Positions 9,301-17,203 are shown, numbered from the stretch's first letter. The stretch: 64,000 nt of DNA from Candidatus Kapaibacterium sp. (GCA_963664875.1 OY761611.1:2912001-2976000), one strand, 5' to 3'. Program-made: numbers and translations. Notes: generated by a model not told the origin, from the letters alone.

Positions 9301-10461
9301 AATAATCCCCTAGATAATGATTGTTTGATAGAGGGCATTAGGCTCCAAAGAAATGCTTTTGTATATACCCAATTTACTTTTGAAGAGGATTCAGATAAGA
9401 ACTATGGTATAGAATATCGCAATGGTCTTTCGGTTCAACTTCTAAAATCTACAAATGGAGATTCAATTGGTGCAGAAAATTCCCATAATACTTTACAATT
9501 TTATTTAGGTAAATCAGGTGAATATGAGTTTAAAACAGCTTATGTAGTTTTTGGAGAAGCTGATTTTACTAGTGTATCTGAAGCTTATATGTCTTACTAT
9601 TATGCGTATTTAGCCGACGAAGCAGGCGGAACTCTACCAACTTGTACTTCTGAGTACTCTACTGACGACGGTAAGACTTGGATAGAAATACATTCTATGA
9701 ATCTGAAACAAACATCCTCAACTAAATCACCTTATCATAAACTTCATTCAGATGAATATATAAAAGAGTATGTTCCCATAAAGGAATGCATAGGCAAAAA
9801 AGTGATACTTAGAATTGGCATTACAGCCGGCTTAGACGGTTTAGCCTGCTGGCTCGATCAGATTAGTATAAGCAACTCTGCTCCTATTTTGTCAGCATCA
9901 ACAGATAAAATGGATTTTGGCAAAGTAACAATAGCAGATAACTCATACAGCGAAAGAACAGTACAGTTAAATAATATCGGCTCTGAAACACTTACACTCG
10001 AATCATTCAATTTCAGGGGCGCTGACGCTGCAGCCTTCGAATTTGTAGATATTCAAAAGGATACAAGCTTGGCAGCGGGAGAATCGCTGATTGTAACAAT
10101 CAGATTCACTCCGAAAGAAAATTCGCAATATTTAGCAAACTTAGAATTTGAAACAAATGATCCGGAAAACAAAACTTCGATCATCAGATTAGAAGGTTGG
10201 GGAGAAGGAACATCTATAGCTGAGAAAGAAACATCAGAAGTCTCACTTTCTATCTCTCCTAACCCTGCCTCTGAGTATATTTACTACTCATTTGGCGGCA
10301 ATATAGAGCAAATAGAAATAATCGACCTAAACGGCAAAACATTCCAAACAGAAAGCAACGGAAACCAAATTGATATTTCAAATCTAAGTTCAGGCACTTA
10401 CTTCCTGAAAATAAAATCCGACGGCAGAGCTTTCTTGAAGCAGTTTGTTGTAGCCAGATAA
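6349..10461 (+). CDS. Large secreted protein: Asp-box (BNR) propeller, Omp28-like domain, choice-of-anchor D/ASH-like Ig domain, T9SS type A sorting domain
   Basis: Signal peptide MKTLFYILFLIASVASLSA; S/T-x-D-x-G-x-x-W repeats; Omp28-like FLLQD...YYHRNVFR; MDFGKV...NNIGSETL...TNDP; CTD ISPNPASEYI...IDISNLSSGTYFLKI...KQFVV. Confidence 0.8.
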   Translation: MKTLFYILFLIASVASLSAVEWEKIDLPSYPYYEVKHNSNLSELEIHGVDSLPKPKAKYQVDYDFESTICQSFFDLGIDTVDFKSNHSIANPFFNVLFVSIPSQDKCLYSKDGGRIWAVTGSEIENLSFGALFESVVVGNSFFVCPHTPDVILQTKDSCKTWTIFADDISDQKLDPSYNQLQAVNDSTLFYIQQSAYFLDSTVYHNTITNKKESSVIPSYMMKWSYDPTVVRGDTIDYFLWYLPSYIYRSIDRGNTWGIWFDMTDVFHKLAPAAANQGIEYTFDGDVITAVMDRKGSDGKFENRYCVSPDYGKTWYFTDKEKPIVINGACYFPKGTYIQYDTLLDLRSNAYFLGTDYGTYRESGNKAYYQTRVTNNNDIKNLNQVTWDKYNFTEEQIYLTKHDKEYFLDEGILHLRKQPESIELASSISSFEVILETPWLDILLCQNSEENSHRLLYIKDSEVVEEMLVTENQEIFAGINTENPDQIYYIYIEKSDNIKLISEDINKAGKDTIELNLDINDDKIIKSILSGDNLYLIGKEKLYISDNKGSSFISITNPQTYKAKDVLCDNVAVYQGDIYTSGSKGILKLNDKLEWENVLDSVTTAYAFAVEFLNNKIYAYTEEGLFVSLATNKVSTEDGNRNTIIETSGGIYFGYSNVFCFYADRLQQEYAGRFSYVVYHGNYESSTPKNDTDPDFRTEGADSVLAYIRDLNELNRNYYIDITDGDEVTDPMDKIHAQTSEVNISVSADVNPNTRELTANVSYLYKKEGSGSHTLSVFLLQDYIKGKQELYTNVLLPPLALDGQYYHRNVFRMSLSDDAKGDKIPNTSEGIYGERNFKIILPDTIGNIKLELADLKLIAFINKEDEYKEVLQVVETEVNLPDKNLVNLNIEDITETKYEYFFNEFIPKVHITNYGSTNINQFDLNLKLTDTTYSNTYYEKINNNFAKSVIVDTVKADFVGNYSFAVTGFGNINNSHVTGEYIADNNPLDNDCLIEGIRLQRNAFVYTQFTFEEDSDKNYGIEYRNGLSVQLLKSTNGDSIGAENSHNTLQFYLGKSGEYEFKTAYVVFGEADFTSVSEAYMSYYYAYLADEAGGTLPTCTSEYSTDDGKTWIEIHSMNLKQTSSTKSPYHKLHSDEYIKEYVPIKECIGKKVILRIGITAGLDGLACWLDQISISNSAPILSASTDKMDFGKVTIADNSYSERTVQLNNIGSETLTLESFNFRGADAAAFEFVDIQKDTSLAAGESLIVTIRFTPKENSQYLANLEFETNDPENKTSIIRLEGWGEGTSIAEKETSEVSLSISPNPASEYIYYSFGGNIEQIEIIDLNGKTFQTESNGNQIDISNLSSGTYFLKIKSDGRAFLKQFVVAR

Positions 10462-10486
10462 AAACAATTATCAGTAGTAAAATCAG

Positions 10487-10521
10487 CAGAGGGTATATAA
10501 AAATACTCTCTGTTTTTTTTT
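10487..10521 (+). terminator. Intrinsic terminator after the T9SS cargo gene
   Basis: CAGAGGGTAT...ATACTCTCTG followed by T9. Confidence 0.85.
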
Positions 10522-10543
10522 GAGTTTTATATTCAGATGCAAT

Positions 10544-10657
10544 AAAAAAAGCCGCAATTCTTTGTTTGAATATGCGGCTCAGGGTTTAGTGCTAAGCTTG
10601 TATGAGTTAAGCTTTTATGAGTAGGGTTGTTACTAATTGATACGCCTGAGCTATTTA
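10544..10657 (-). ncRNA. Candidate stand-alone small RNA divergent from prfB
   Basis: Own consensus promoter, long imperfect stem, 15-nt tandem repeat, intrinsic terminator with U7; no ORF; 5' end approximate. Confidence 0.55.
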
Positions 10658-10664
10658 AAAGTTT

Positions 10665-10696
10665 CAAAACTATTTCCAATATTTTAGCTCTGCAAA
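10665..10696 (-). promoter_or_regulatory. Bacteroidota-type housekeeping promoter driving the candidate sRNA
   Basis: Minus strand TTTG-N20-TAGTTTTG matches TTTG-N19-21-TAnnTTTG. Confidence 0.65.
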
Positions 10697-10736
10697 AGCA
10701 TTTCTCGAAATCTTAACTTTTTCAGCTGATTTTTCG

Positions 10737-10744
10737 TATTTTTG
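10737..10744 (+). promoter_or_regulatory. Putative -7 element of the prfB promoter
   Basis: TATTTTTG 40 nt upstream of ATG 10785. Confidence 0.5.
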
Positions 10745-10784
10745 CTTAGTTATTATGTCAAATTTATTTTCGGGATATAAAATT

Positions 10785-11883
10785 ATGTTCGAACCGCAAA
10801 GAGAAAAGCTCAGAGGTTTGGAGTCAAGAGTCAATCAACTACGGAGGTTCCTTTGACATTGACGGTAAGTTAGCAATGATCAAAGAAAAAGAAGAACTCT
10901 CCCATGTCGAAGGCTTTTGGAATGATAATATCAAAGCTCAGGAGATAATGAGACAAATTTCGGAGGCGAAAGACTGGGTAAAGGTATGGGAGGACACAAA
11001 TGCTGCAGTGCAGGATGCAGTTGCCTTCATAGAATTGGCAGAAGAAGAAAAAGATGAATCCATGGAAGCTGATGCAAATGCAGAAGTAGAACAAGCAGAA
11101 AAAATTGTCAGTTCATTAGAAGTCCGAAAATTATTGGGTCACAAAGATGACGACAGAACCGCTATTCTTGCTATCAATGCGGGAGCCGGAGGCACTGAGG
11201 CATGCGATTGGGCTCACATGCTGCTGCGTATGTATGTGCGTTGGGCTGAAAGAAAAAATTACAAAGTTGCTTTGCTTGAAGAACTCGAGGGTGATGGAGC
11301 CGGAATTAAATCTGCTTCAATAGAGATTACAGGTAAGTTCGCTTATGGCTATTTAAAAGCAGAAAACGGTGTACACAGATTAGTTCGTATCTCACCGTTT
11401 GATTCGAATGCAAGAAGACACACTTCTTTTGCTTCTGTTTTTGTATATCCCGAAGTTGATGATGATATAGACATTGAAATCAATCCGGCTGATTGCGAAT
11501 GGGACACTTTCAGAGCCGGAGGAAAAGGTGGTCAAAATGTGAACAAAGTCGAAACAGCCGTCAGACTTAGACACATTCCATCAGGCATTGTGGTAGCCTG
11601 CCAGCAGGAACGTTCTCAATTCCAAAACAGAGAAAGAGCTTTGAAAATGTTGAAATCAAGGCTTTATAAAAAACGTATGGAAGAAGAGGAAAAAGAAAAA
11701 GCTGCTGTCGAGGGTGCTAAAAAGAAAATCGAATGGGGAAGCCAAATCCGTAGCTACGTTTTCCAACCATATACCATGGTTAATGACCACCGCTCTGAAT
11801 ACAAACGAACTGATATTCATGCAGTGATGGATGGGGATTTGGACGATTTTATAAAAGAATTTTTAATGCTGCTCGAAGATTAA
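10785..11883 (+). CDS. prfB: Peptide chain release factor 2, programmed +1 frameshift (about 365 aa)
   Basis: ORF0 [23 protein letters not shown] ends at CTT TGA C (10851-10857); +1 frame reads [11 protein letters not shown]; SPF and GGQ motifs. Confidence 0.97.
10843..10857 (+). promoter_or_regulatory. RF2 frameshift cassette
   Basis: Internal SD GGAGG, 3-nt spacer, CTTTGAC. Confidence 0.95.
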
Positions 11884-11909
11884 GAGCTATAAGATAAAAT
11901 TTGACAAAA

Positions 11910-11943
11910 CAAAGGGGTATCATTTTCATAATGTACCCCTTTG
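11910..11943. terminator. Hairpin between convergent prfB and hutH, probably a bidirectional terminator
   Basis: CAAAGGGGTA...TACCCCTTTG inverted repeat. Confidence 0.7.
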
Positions 11944-11967
11944 CTGTAAATATGATTCAGAAAGGAA

Positions 11968-13560
11968 CTATGCAAGCAAATCATACAATTTATCAGATTC
12001 GATGAGTTCTATGCGAACTTTTTCAACTTCATCCTGCATATATCTGTCTTCTGTAACAACAGGGAATACATCTTTCATATTTTCAATCAAAGTTTTACCT
12101 GTAGTCCCTGCTACCATTTTTGCATCCTGAGGAATTTTTCCTGCTTCTTTCCAGCTGCTTTCCATTTTTTCAAGTACATAATAGCCTTGTCGGATAATAG
12201 AAGCCTGAAGAGCAAGCTGAACTGAGTGAAGCTCAATTGCATCTCTCATATTCAAAATAACAGTAGGAGCATGTGAAACATGGTCTTCCTGATGGCTTGC
12301 GCTACTTTGAGCATGCAAAAATGCAGTATTGTTTTTAGATAGCAGCAAGTTGCCATGAGCTGTGTGGCTATATTCTAAAATCATCATGCCGCTGCTGATT
12401 GAGTGGTTAGCTTCCGGAGAAATAAGGCAGCTAACACCTAAACGGTTTTTGTCTTTATCAACTATTCTTCTTACTAATGACATATTTATAGCTACAGTGC
12501 CACAGAAAGCATTAAATAAGTTAGCTGCTGCGATAGAAAGCGGCATACCATGGAAATTACCACCTGAAATAACCATGTCGTCAAATACTAACGGGTTATC
12601 AGTAGCAGAGTTCATTTCAATTTCTAATTTCTTTTTAGTTTCGTCCATTGCATCAAACAAAGGTCCGTAAACCTGAGGCAAACAGCGAGAGCTGTAAGGA
12701 TCCTGAACATTTACATCATAATCAAAGCTTTCGTGAGCTTTTCTGATTTGGCTTTCTGCAAATACACCTTTCAAGATAGCTGCAGCTTTAGCTTGCCCCG
12801 GATATGGACGTAAAGCGTGTATTTCAGGGGTGAAAGGTAAGTCCGAAGCCATCATGATTTCTGACATCATTCCTGCAAACAACAGACCTAAAGTAGCTCG
12901 TTTTTCAATTTGATATAAGTTCCAAGCAAGAAAAGCATTTGACCATTGCATCCCGTTATTCAAAGCCAAGCCTTCTTTTGCGGCTAATTCGATCGGTTTC
13001 AAACCTGCTTTTTCAAGTGCTATTCCGGCATCTATCAGCTCATCTTTATAATAACATTTTCCTTCGCCCATCAAGTTCAAAGCAATGTGCGAAAGCGGAG
13101 ACAAGTCTCCGGATGCACCTAAAGAACCTGCTTCAGGGATATAAGGATAAATATCATCGCAATTAGCGAAATCAACAATTGATTGAAGCAATTCGAATCT
13201 GATACCGCTGTGTCCTTTAGAAAGAGCGTTAGCTCTGAACAGCATAGACATTTTAGCGATTTGTTTTATCGTTGGTTTGCCAAATGAGATAGAGTGTGTT
13301 CTAATCAAGTTTTTCTGAAGCTCAATCAAACCTTCCTCAGACACAGCTACATCTTGATTTTGACCAAAACCGCGAGTAAAGCCATAAACCGGTTTGCCTG
13401 ATTTGGTAGAAGCAATTACTGCTTCTCTGTTTGCTTCTACTTTAGCTTTTACATCTTTATCTAATTCAATTTTACAATTACCAAGAGCAAAAGATATAGC
13501 TTGCTCAAAAGTAAGATTGCTACCGTTTAAAACAATATTAGAGTGATGATGCGAATCCAT
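11968..13560 (-). CDS. hutH: Histidine ammonia-lyase (MIO family)
   Basis: VYGFTRGFG, GSLGASGDL (MIO Ala-Ser-Gly), QDPYSSRC, SGGNFHG; HAL-type LIRTH and QEDHVS residues. Confidence 0.85.
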   Translation of the reverse strand: MDSHHHSNIVLNGSNLTFEQAISFALGNCKIELDKDVKAKVEANREAVIASTKSGKPVYGFTRGFGQNQDVAVSEEGLIELQKNLIRTHSISFGKPTIKQIAKMSMLFRANALSKGHSGIRFELLQSIVDFANCDDIYPYIPEAGSLGASGDLSPLSHIALNLMGEGKCYYKDELIDAGIALEKAGLKPIELAAKEGLALNNGMQWSNAFLAWNLYQIEKRATLGLLFAGMMSEIMMASDLPFTPEIHALRPYPGQAKAAAILKGVFAESQIRKAHESFDYDVNVQDPYSSRCLPQVYGPLFDAMDETKKKLEIEMNSATDNPLVFDDMVISGGNFHGMPLSIAAANLFNAFCGTVAINMSLVRRIVDKDKNRLGVSCLISPEANHSISSGMMILEYSHTAHGNLLLSKNNTAFLHAQSSASHQEDHVSHAPTVILNMRDAIELHSVQLALQASIIRQGYYVLEKMESSWKEAGKIPQDAKMVAGTTGKTLIENMKDVFPVVTEDRYMQDEVEKVRIELIESDKLYDLLA

Positions 13561-13700
13561 TATAACTCCGAATAATATTTATATTTCATACACTTAAATT
13601 TATCAGTGCAAATTAAGAAAAAAGCTTTTGATTTCGCATCATATTAAGGCAATTTAATTGTATGAGACTAAAGATTAATTTAATGTTATGCAGGACTTTT

Positions 13701-14105
13701 TTATGATTGCAATTCTTTTAGAAGAGCGAGATCGTGTGATAGGTCTATAAGGTTTCTTACGCTACCTTGTGTTACTTCTAAATAAGTAACATTGAATCGG
13801 GAGACAACATATTCTTCGGCACCTTCAATTGCATTTGAGATGAGTTCTACAAGGTCGTTGATGTGTCGTTTAAGTTCATATTCAAGTTTATCGGTCAGTT
13901 CACTTGAGCCGGAAGCACGTCTTAAAGTTTCTGATATTTTCCAAAGAGACTTACCCGAAAAGACAATTCTATTAAGAAGCTCATGGTCTAATTTTAATGC
14001 TATCAGCTCAAGAATTGCAGCTAAATCAGCTTCTTTGCGAAGACTGTTGTCTGATTTTATATTCAGTGCCTCTATGATTTGTAATATATCTTCGGAATAT
14101 TCCAT
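13701..14105 (-). CDS. Hypothetical alpha-helical protein
   Basis: 134-aa ORF co-oriented with its neighbours; no motif recognised. Confidence 0.7.
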   Translation of the reverse strand: MEYSEDILQIIEALNIKSDNSLRKEADLAAILELIALKLDHELLNRIVFSGKSLWKISETLRRASGSSELTDKLEYELKRHINDLVELISNAIEGAEEYVVSRFNVTYLEVTQGSVRNLIDLSHDLALLKELQS

Positions 14106-14248
14106 AGTTTTTAGATTTATTACCTACTATGTGGTATAATTATTATTAAACAAAATGGGAAAACAATCTTATAAGTAAAGACGGATTGTTTTTGCTGCGA
14201 ACAAGAGTTCGAAAATTTAACAGCTAATACTTCGCTCAATCAAAACTT

Positions 14249-14881
14249 TTAGTTGAACTGAATAGAGGCAACTATAGAATCAAAAATTCTGTCCATATCC
14301 TGTCTGCTTGGCAACGGCTTGCCAATTACATCCATAGGCATCAAAGCAAATTCGTAATAGTTCCCTGTTTCAGTCATGAATACTATTATGTCTGATGAAA
14401 GTGCACCACCGGTAGTACTAATTTTGTATTTGACAAAATGCTTATTTCCTATAGAAAAGGGTTGGTATTGGCCAATAAGTTTAATGTCACCGGCAGTTTT
14501 GCGTTTATGTCTCTCTAAATTCATCCTTGCAAGACCAAAAAGTCCCTCTTTCTCTATAGTCTTATCCATAATATTATTACTACGAATAAGTGAGAAAACG
14601 GCTGACAGTGAATAATCAGGATTGACTGCAACTGCTATCAAGCCTGATGCAGCCCTTTCTTCTACATCAATCAGAAACCAGTCCTGAGGAATAAAAGAAA
14701 TCATGTCGCCTTGTGCAGAGCGAATTATTACATCGGACATCTGTATTTCAGGTTTCGGACTCAAATCCATTTCCGGTTGCCTGTCGTCAGAGTTGTTGTA
14801 TTTCACAAAAATACAAGAGCTCATAGCGAAAGCTATAAGCACAAATATAAATACTATTTTGTTCGTTATTTTGAAGCTCAT
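14249..14881 (-). CDS. Hypothetical lipoprotein
   Basis: Hydrophobic signal ending in lipobox-like AMSSC. Confidence 0.7.
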   Translation of the reverse strand: MSFKITNKIVFIFVLIAFAMSSCIFVKYNNSDDRQPEMDLSPKPEIQMSDVIIRSAQGDMISFIPQDWFLIDVEERAASGLIAVAVNPDYSLSAVFSLIRSNNIMDKTIEKEGLFGLARMNLERHKRKTAGDIKLIGQYQPFSIGNKHFVKYKISTTGGALSSDIIVFMTETGNYYEFALMPMDVIGKPLPSRQDMDRIFDSIVASIQFN

Positions 14882-14893
14882 ATAGGGCTGTTT

Positions 14894-15523
14894 TTATTTG
14901 TTTACAGAAAATATCTTTTCGCCTGCTTTTATCTCTAAGTCTATATGATTGCTAAGCGGCACTACCGGGCAACTGTAATTATCACTATATGCACAGTAAG
15001 GTGCGTATGCAGTGTTAAAATCGAGCGTTACCTGATTGGTTTTTGGGATTCCCATTATATCAAGATATCGACCGGCTGAATAACTCGTGATGCCATTGGT
15101 TTTGTCAGAAAAAGGAATAAAGATGTATTTAGTAGCTCCTTCCTTTAGAGACAGAAAAGCATCTATCGAGCAGTTTGTGCCGGAAAGAATAAAACTCAAC
15201 TTTGCATATCTCAGATATTTTTTAGTTATATCAGGTTTACTTGTGAAAAACTCTACTGTGTCAGGATTATCGTAAATATTGAAATCTGCTGTTACTCTAA
15301 AAGACTTATCTGGTTCAAAATAATTAAGACCTTTAAATTTGTCTCTTATAGATTCAGGGATAGGAGATTCCTTATCATATTTATAATAATTATCGTTTTT
15401 TTGCCTTTCCGCAAGTAAATCATTTATATAAGAACTATGATTATTGCAAGCATTTACAAAGATAAGAAATGCAAAGAGAAAAACAGCATTTAAAAGCTTA
15501 AAAAATTTAATACTCCTCGACAT
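14894..15523 (-). CDS. DUF1684 family lipoprotein
   Basis: FKGLNYF, FIPFSDKTNGITSYSAGRYLD, LDFNTAYAPYCAYSDNYSCP, IKAGEK; lipobox VNAC; ATG 15523 preferred. Confidence 0.85.
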   Translation of the reverse strand: MSRSIKFFKLLNAVFLFAFLIFVNACNNHSSYINDLLAERQKNDNYYKYDKESPIPESIRDKFKGLNYFEPDKSFRVTADFNIYDNPDTVEFFTSKPDITKKYLRYAKLSFILSGTNCSIDAFLSLKEGATKYIFIPFSDKTNGITSYSAGRYLDIMGIPKTNQVTLDFNTAYAPYCAYSDNYSCPVVPLSNHIDLEIKAGEKIFSVNK

Positions 15524-16301
15524 GTAAAGCTCCTGCGCACTCAGTTGAATGTTTTGTGTATCCAAATTTATGCAAAAAAGCAGTAACAGATTCTACCATT
15601 TTTGGATTGCCACAAAGAAAAAAGTGAGTTTTCGCAGGATCTACTTCGATTCCTGCATCTTGCAGTACCCCGGCTTCAAGGTGTTTCTCTATATAACCTG
15701 TAAGACCGTTCCAAGTCGAATCTGCTTTAAGAAGAGTAGGGAAGTAGTGAAAATTAGCAAAAGAATTTTGTATAAATGTAAGCTCACTGTAATAACCCAA
15801 ATCCCAAGGGTAAGCAGCACCGTGAAAAACAGCCATTCTGTTATTAGAAGAGTCTTGCATGTGAGACCTCAAAAAACTGATATAAGGGGCAAGCCCTGTG
15901 CCGGTAGCAATCATTACAATATTGCAGGATTCGGGAATTTGGCTAAGATGGAAAATGCCGAAAATATCTTCATCTACCCACATACGTCTGCCAAGAGAAA
16001 GATTGAATAAGCGAGGAGTGAGCTGACCGGATTTGACCTGGCTTATGTAAAATTCAAAATCTTGAGTCTGATGATTAGCAGATGCAATGGAGTAAGGTCT
16101 TTTGATAAGTGTCTTTTCAGGCATAGTCTCGAGCGGCATGACACTATTTGGGCTTCTTGTTTCCGAGGCAGCTAAGCCGATATTCGTATATTGCCCTGCA
16201 ATAAACTTATCGCGGGGAGAGTCAGTTCTTACTCTGAGCATCATCAGGTCAGGAGTAAGCATTATTTTACCTGTAACCGTAGCATTGTATAAACTTTCCA
16301 T
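15507..16301 (-). CDS. fpr: Ferredoxin--NADP+ reductase (bacterial Fpr type)
   Basis: RPYSIAS, GQLTPRL, MIATGTGLAPY, FFLCGNPKMV, C-terminal HVEEY. Confidence 0.9.
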   Translation of the reverse strand: MESLYNATVTGKIMLTPDLMMLRVRTDSPRDKFIAGQYTNIGLAASETRSPNSVMPLETMPEKTLIKRPYSIASANHQTQDFEFYISQVKSGQLTPRLFNLSLGRRMWVDEDIFGIFHLSQIPESCNIVMIATGTGLAPYISFLRSHMQDSSNNRMAVFHGAAYPWDLGYYSELTFIQNSFANFHYFPTLLKADSTWNGLTGYIEKHLEAGVLQDAGIEVDPAKTHFFLCGNPKMVESVTAFLHKFGYTKHSTECAGALHVEEY

Positions 16302-16428
16302 GTAGCATATTTCCGTAATAGGTTAGAATAAAGAATGAAAAAGAAAAAAATAGGAAACCGTATTTGTATATCAATGCGAGAAATATAAAATCTCGTAAAT
16401 TAATTTTACGAGAGAGTCGAAAAAATAT

Positions 16429-16459
16429 TTTGACAGACTATCAAAAAGGTGTATATTTG
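16429..16459 (+). promoter_or_regulatory. Promoter P1 of the tRNA/secE-nusG cluster
   Basis: TTTG-N19-TATATTTG. Confidence 0.65.
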
Positions 16460-16531
16460 CGAGCTCTCTTAAGGGAGGCACTTAGCTCTTAAACATCAAA
16501 AAGCCGAATCGAAAAAAAATCTAAAAAAGAT

Positions 16532-16562
16532 TTTGCAGGTTTCAAGAAAAGTTGTATTTTTG
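16532..16562 (+). promoter_or_regulatory. Promoter P2 of the tRNA cluster
   Basis: TTTG-N19-TATTTTTG. Confidence 0.65.
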
Positions 16563-16669
16563 AATTCCTGTTATTTGACAAGGTAGAAAAAGAGGCGTTA
16601 TTATTAAGGCTTAGAAAAAAAAATAAAGAAATCTAAAAAAAAAGATTTTTTTATCTCGAAAAAAAGCTT

Positions 16670-16677
16670 TAATTTTG
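16670..16677 (+). promoter_or_regulatory. Possible P3 -7 element just before tRNA-Tyr
   Basis: TAATTTTG 11 nt upstream of the tRNA; weak -33 element. Confidence 0.45.
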
Positions 16678-16688
16678 AAGTCTAAATC

Positions 16689-16772
16689 GGGCAGGTACCG
16701 AAGTGGCCAAACGGGGCAGACTGTAAATCTGCTGGGCTCCGCCCTACGGAGGTTCGAATCCTTCCCTGCCCA
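16689..16772 (+). tRNA. tRNA-Tyr(GTA)
   Basis: GGGCAGG/CCTGCCC acceptor stem, GCAGA-CTGTAAA-TCTGC anticodon arm, long variable arm, TTCGAAT. Confidence 0.97.
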
Positions 16773-16789
16773 CACTGACTTTATTTTCC

Positions 16790-16865
16790 GCGGGAGTAGC
16801 TCAATTGGTAGAGCATCAGCCTTCCAAGCTGAGGGTTGCGGGTTCGAGTCTCGTCTCCCGCTCCA
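16790..16865 (+). tRNA. tRNA-Gly(TCC), encoded CCA
   Basis: GCGGGAG/CTCCCGC acceptor stem, anticodon loop CTTCCAA, TTCGAGT. Confidence 0.97.
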
Positions 16866-16946
16866 ATTATGGAAAATGAGTTAAATAAAATAAGTCGGCA
16901 ATAGAATTGCTGGCTATTTTATGTTTGTAGAGGACAAGACGCTGCT

Positions 16947-17018
<72 letters not shown>

Positions 17019-17084
17019 CAGATGATAAAAAAAGCCGTTAATTCGGTGAAGATGTTAGAAGCAGGAGACTAAGTGAACATATAT

Positions 17085-17157
17085 ACGGGTGTAGCTCAAT
17101 TGGTAGAGTGGCGGTCTCCAAAACCGTAGGCTGTGGGTTCGAGTCCTACCACCCGTG
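17085..17157 (+). tRNA. tRNA-Trp(CCA)
   Basis: ACGGGTG/CACCCGT acceptor stem, GCGGT-CTCCAAA-ACCGT anticodon arm; upstream of secE. Confidence 0.96.
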
Positions 17158-17174
17158 CCCGAGAAAAAATTAAA

Positions 17175-17203
17175 AAGTCGCAATCTCAGCGACTTTATTT
17201 TTA
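17175..17203 (+). terminator. Terminator/attenuator-like hairpin between tRNA-Trp and secE
   Basis: AAAGTCGC-AATCTCA-GCGACTTT followed by a T-rich tract. Confidence 0.5.

Noticed and set aside
10593-10622. Tandem 15-nt repeat as a mini-CRISPR or VNTR
   Set aside because: Only two adjacent units, no spacers and no cas genes; better explained as part of the candidate sRNA
10876-11883. prfB appearing truncated or pseudogenised in the ORF track
   Set aside because: Explained by the canonical programmed +1 frameshift
11968-13560. Possible Phe/Tyr ammonia-lyase or aminomutase of a biosynthetic cluster
   Set aside because: TH and QEDHVS residues are HAL-type, and no biosynthetic genes are adjacent
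16675-16884. 69-aa ORF
   Set aside because: Overlaps tRNA-Tyr and tRNA-Gly; shadow ORF
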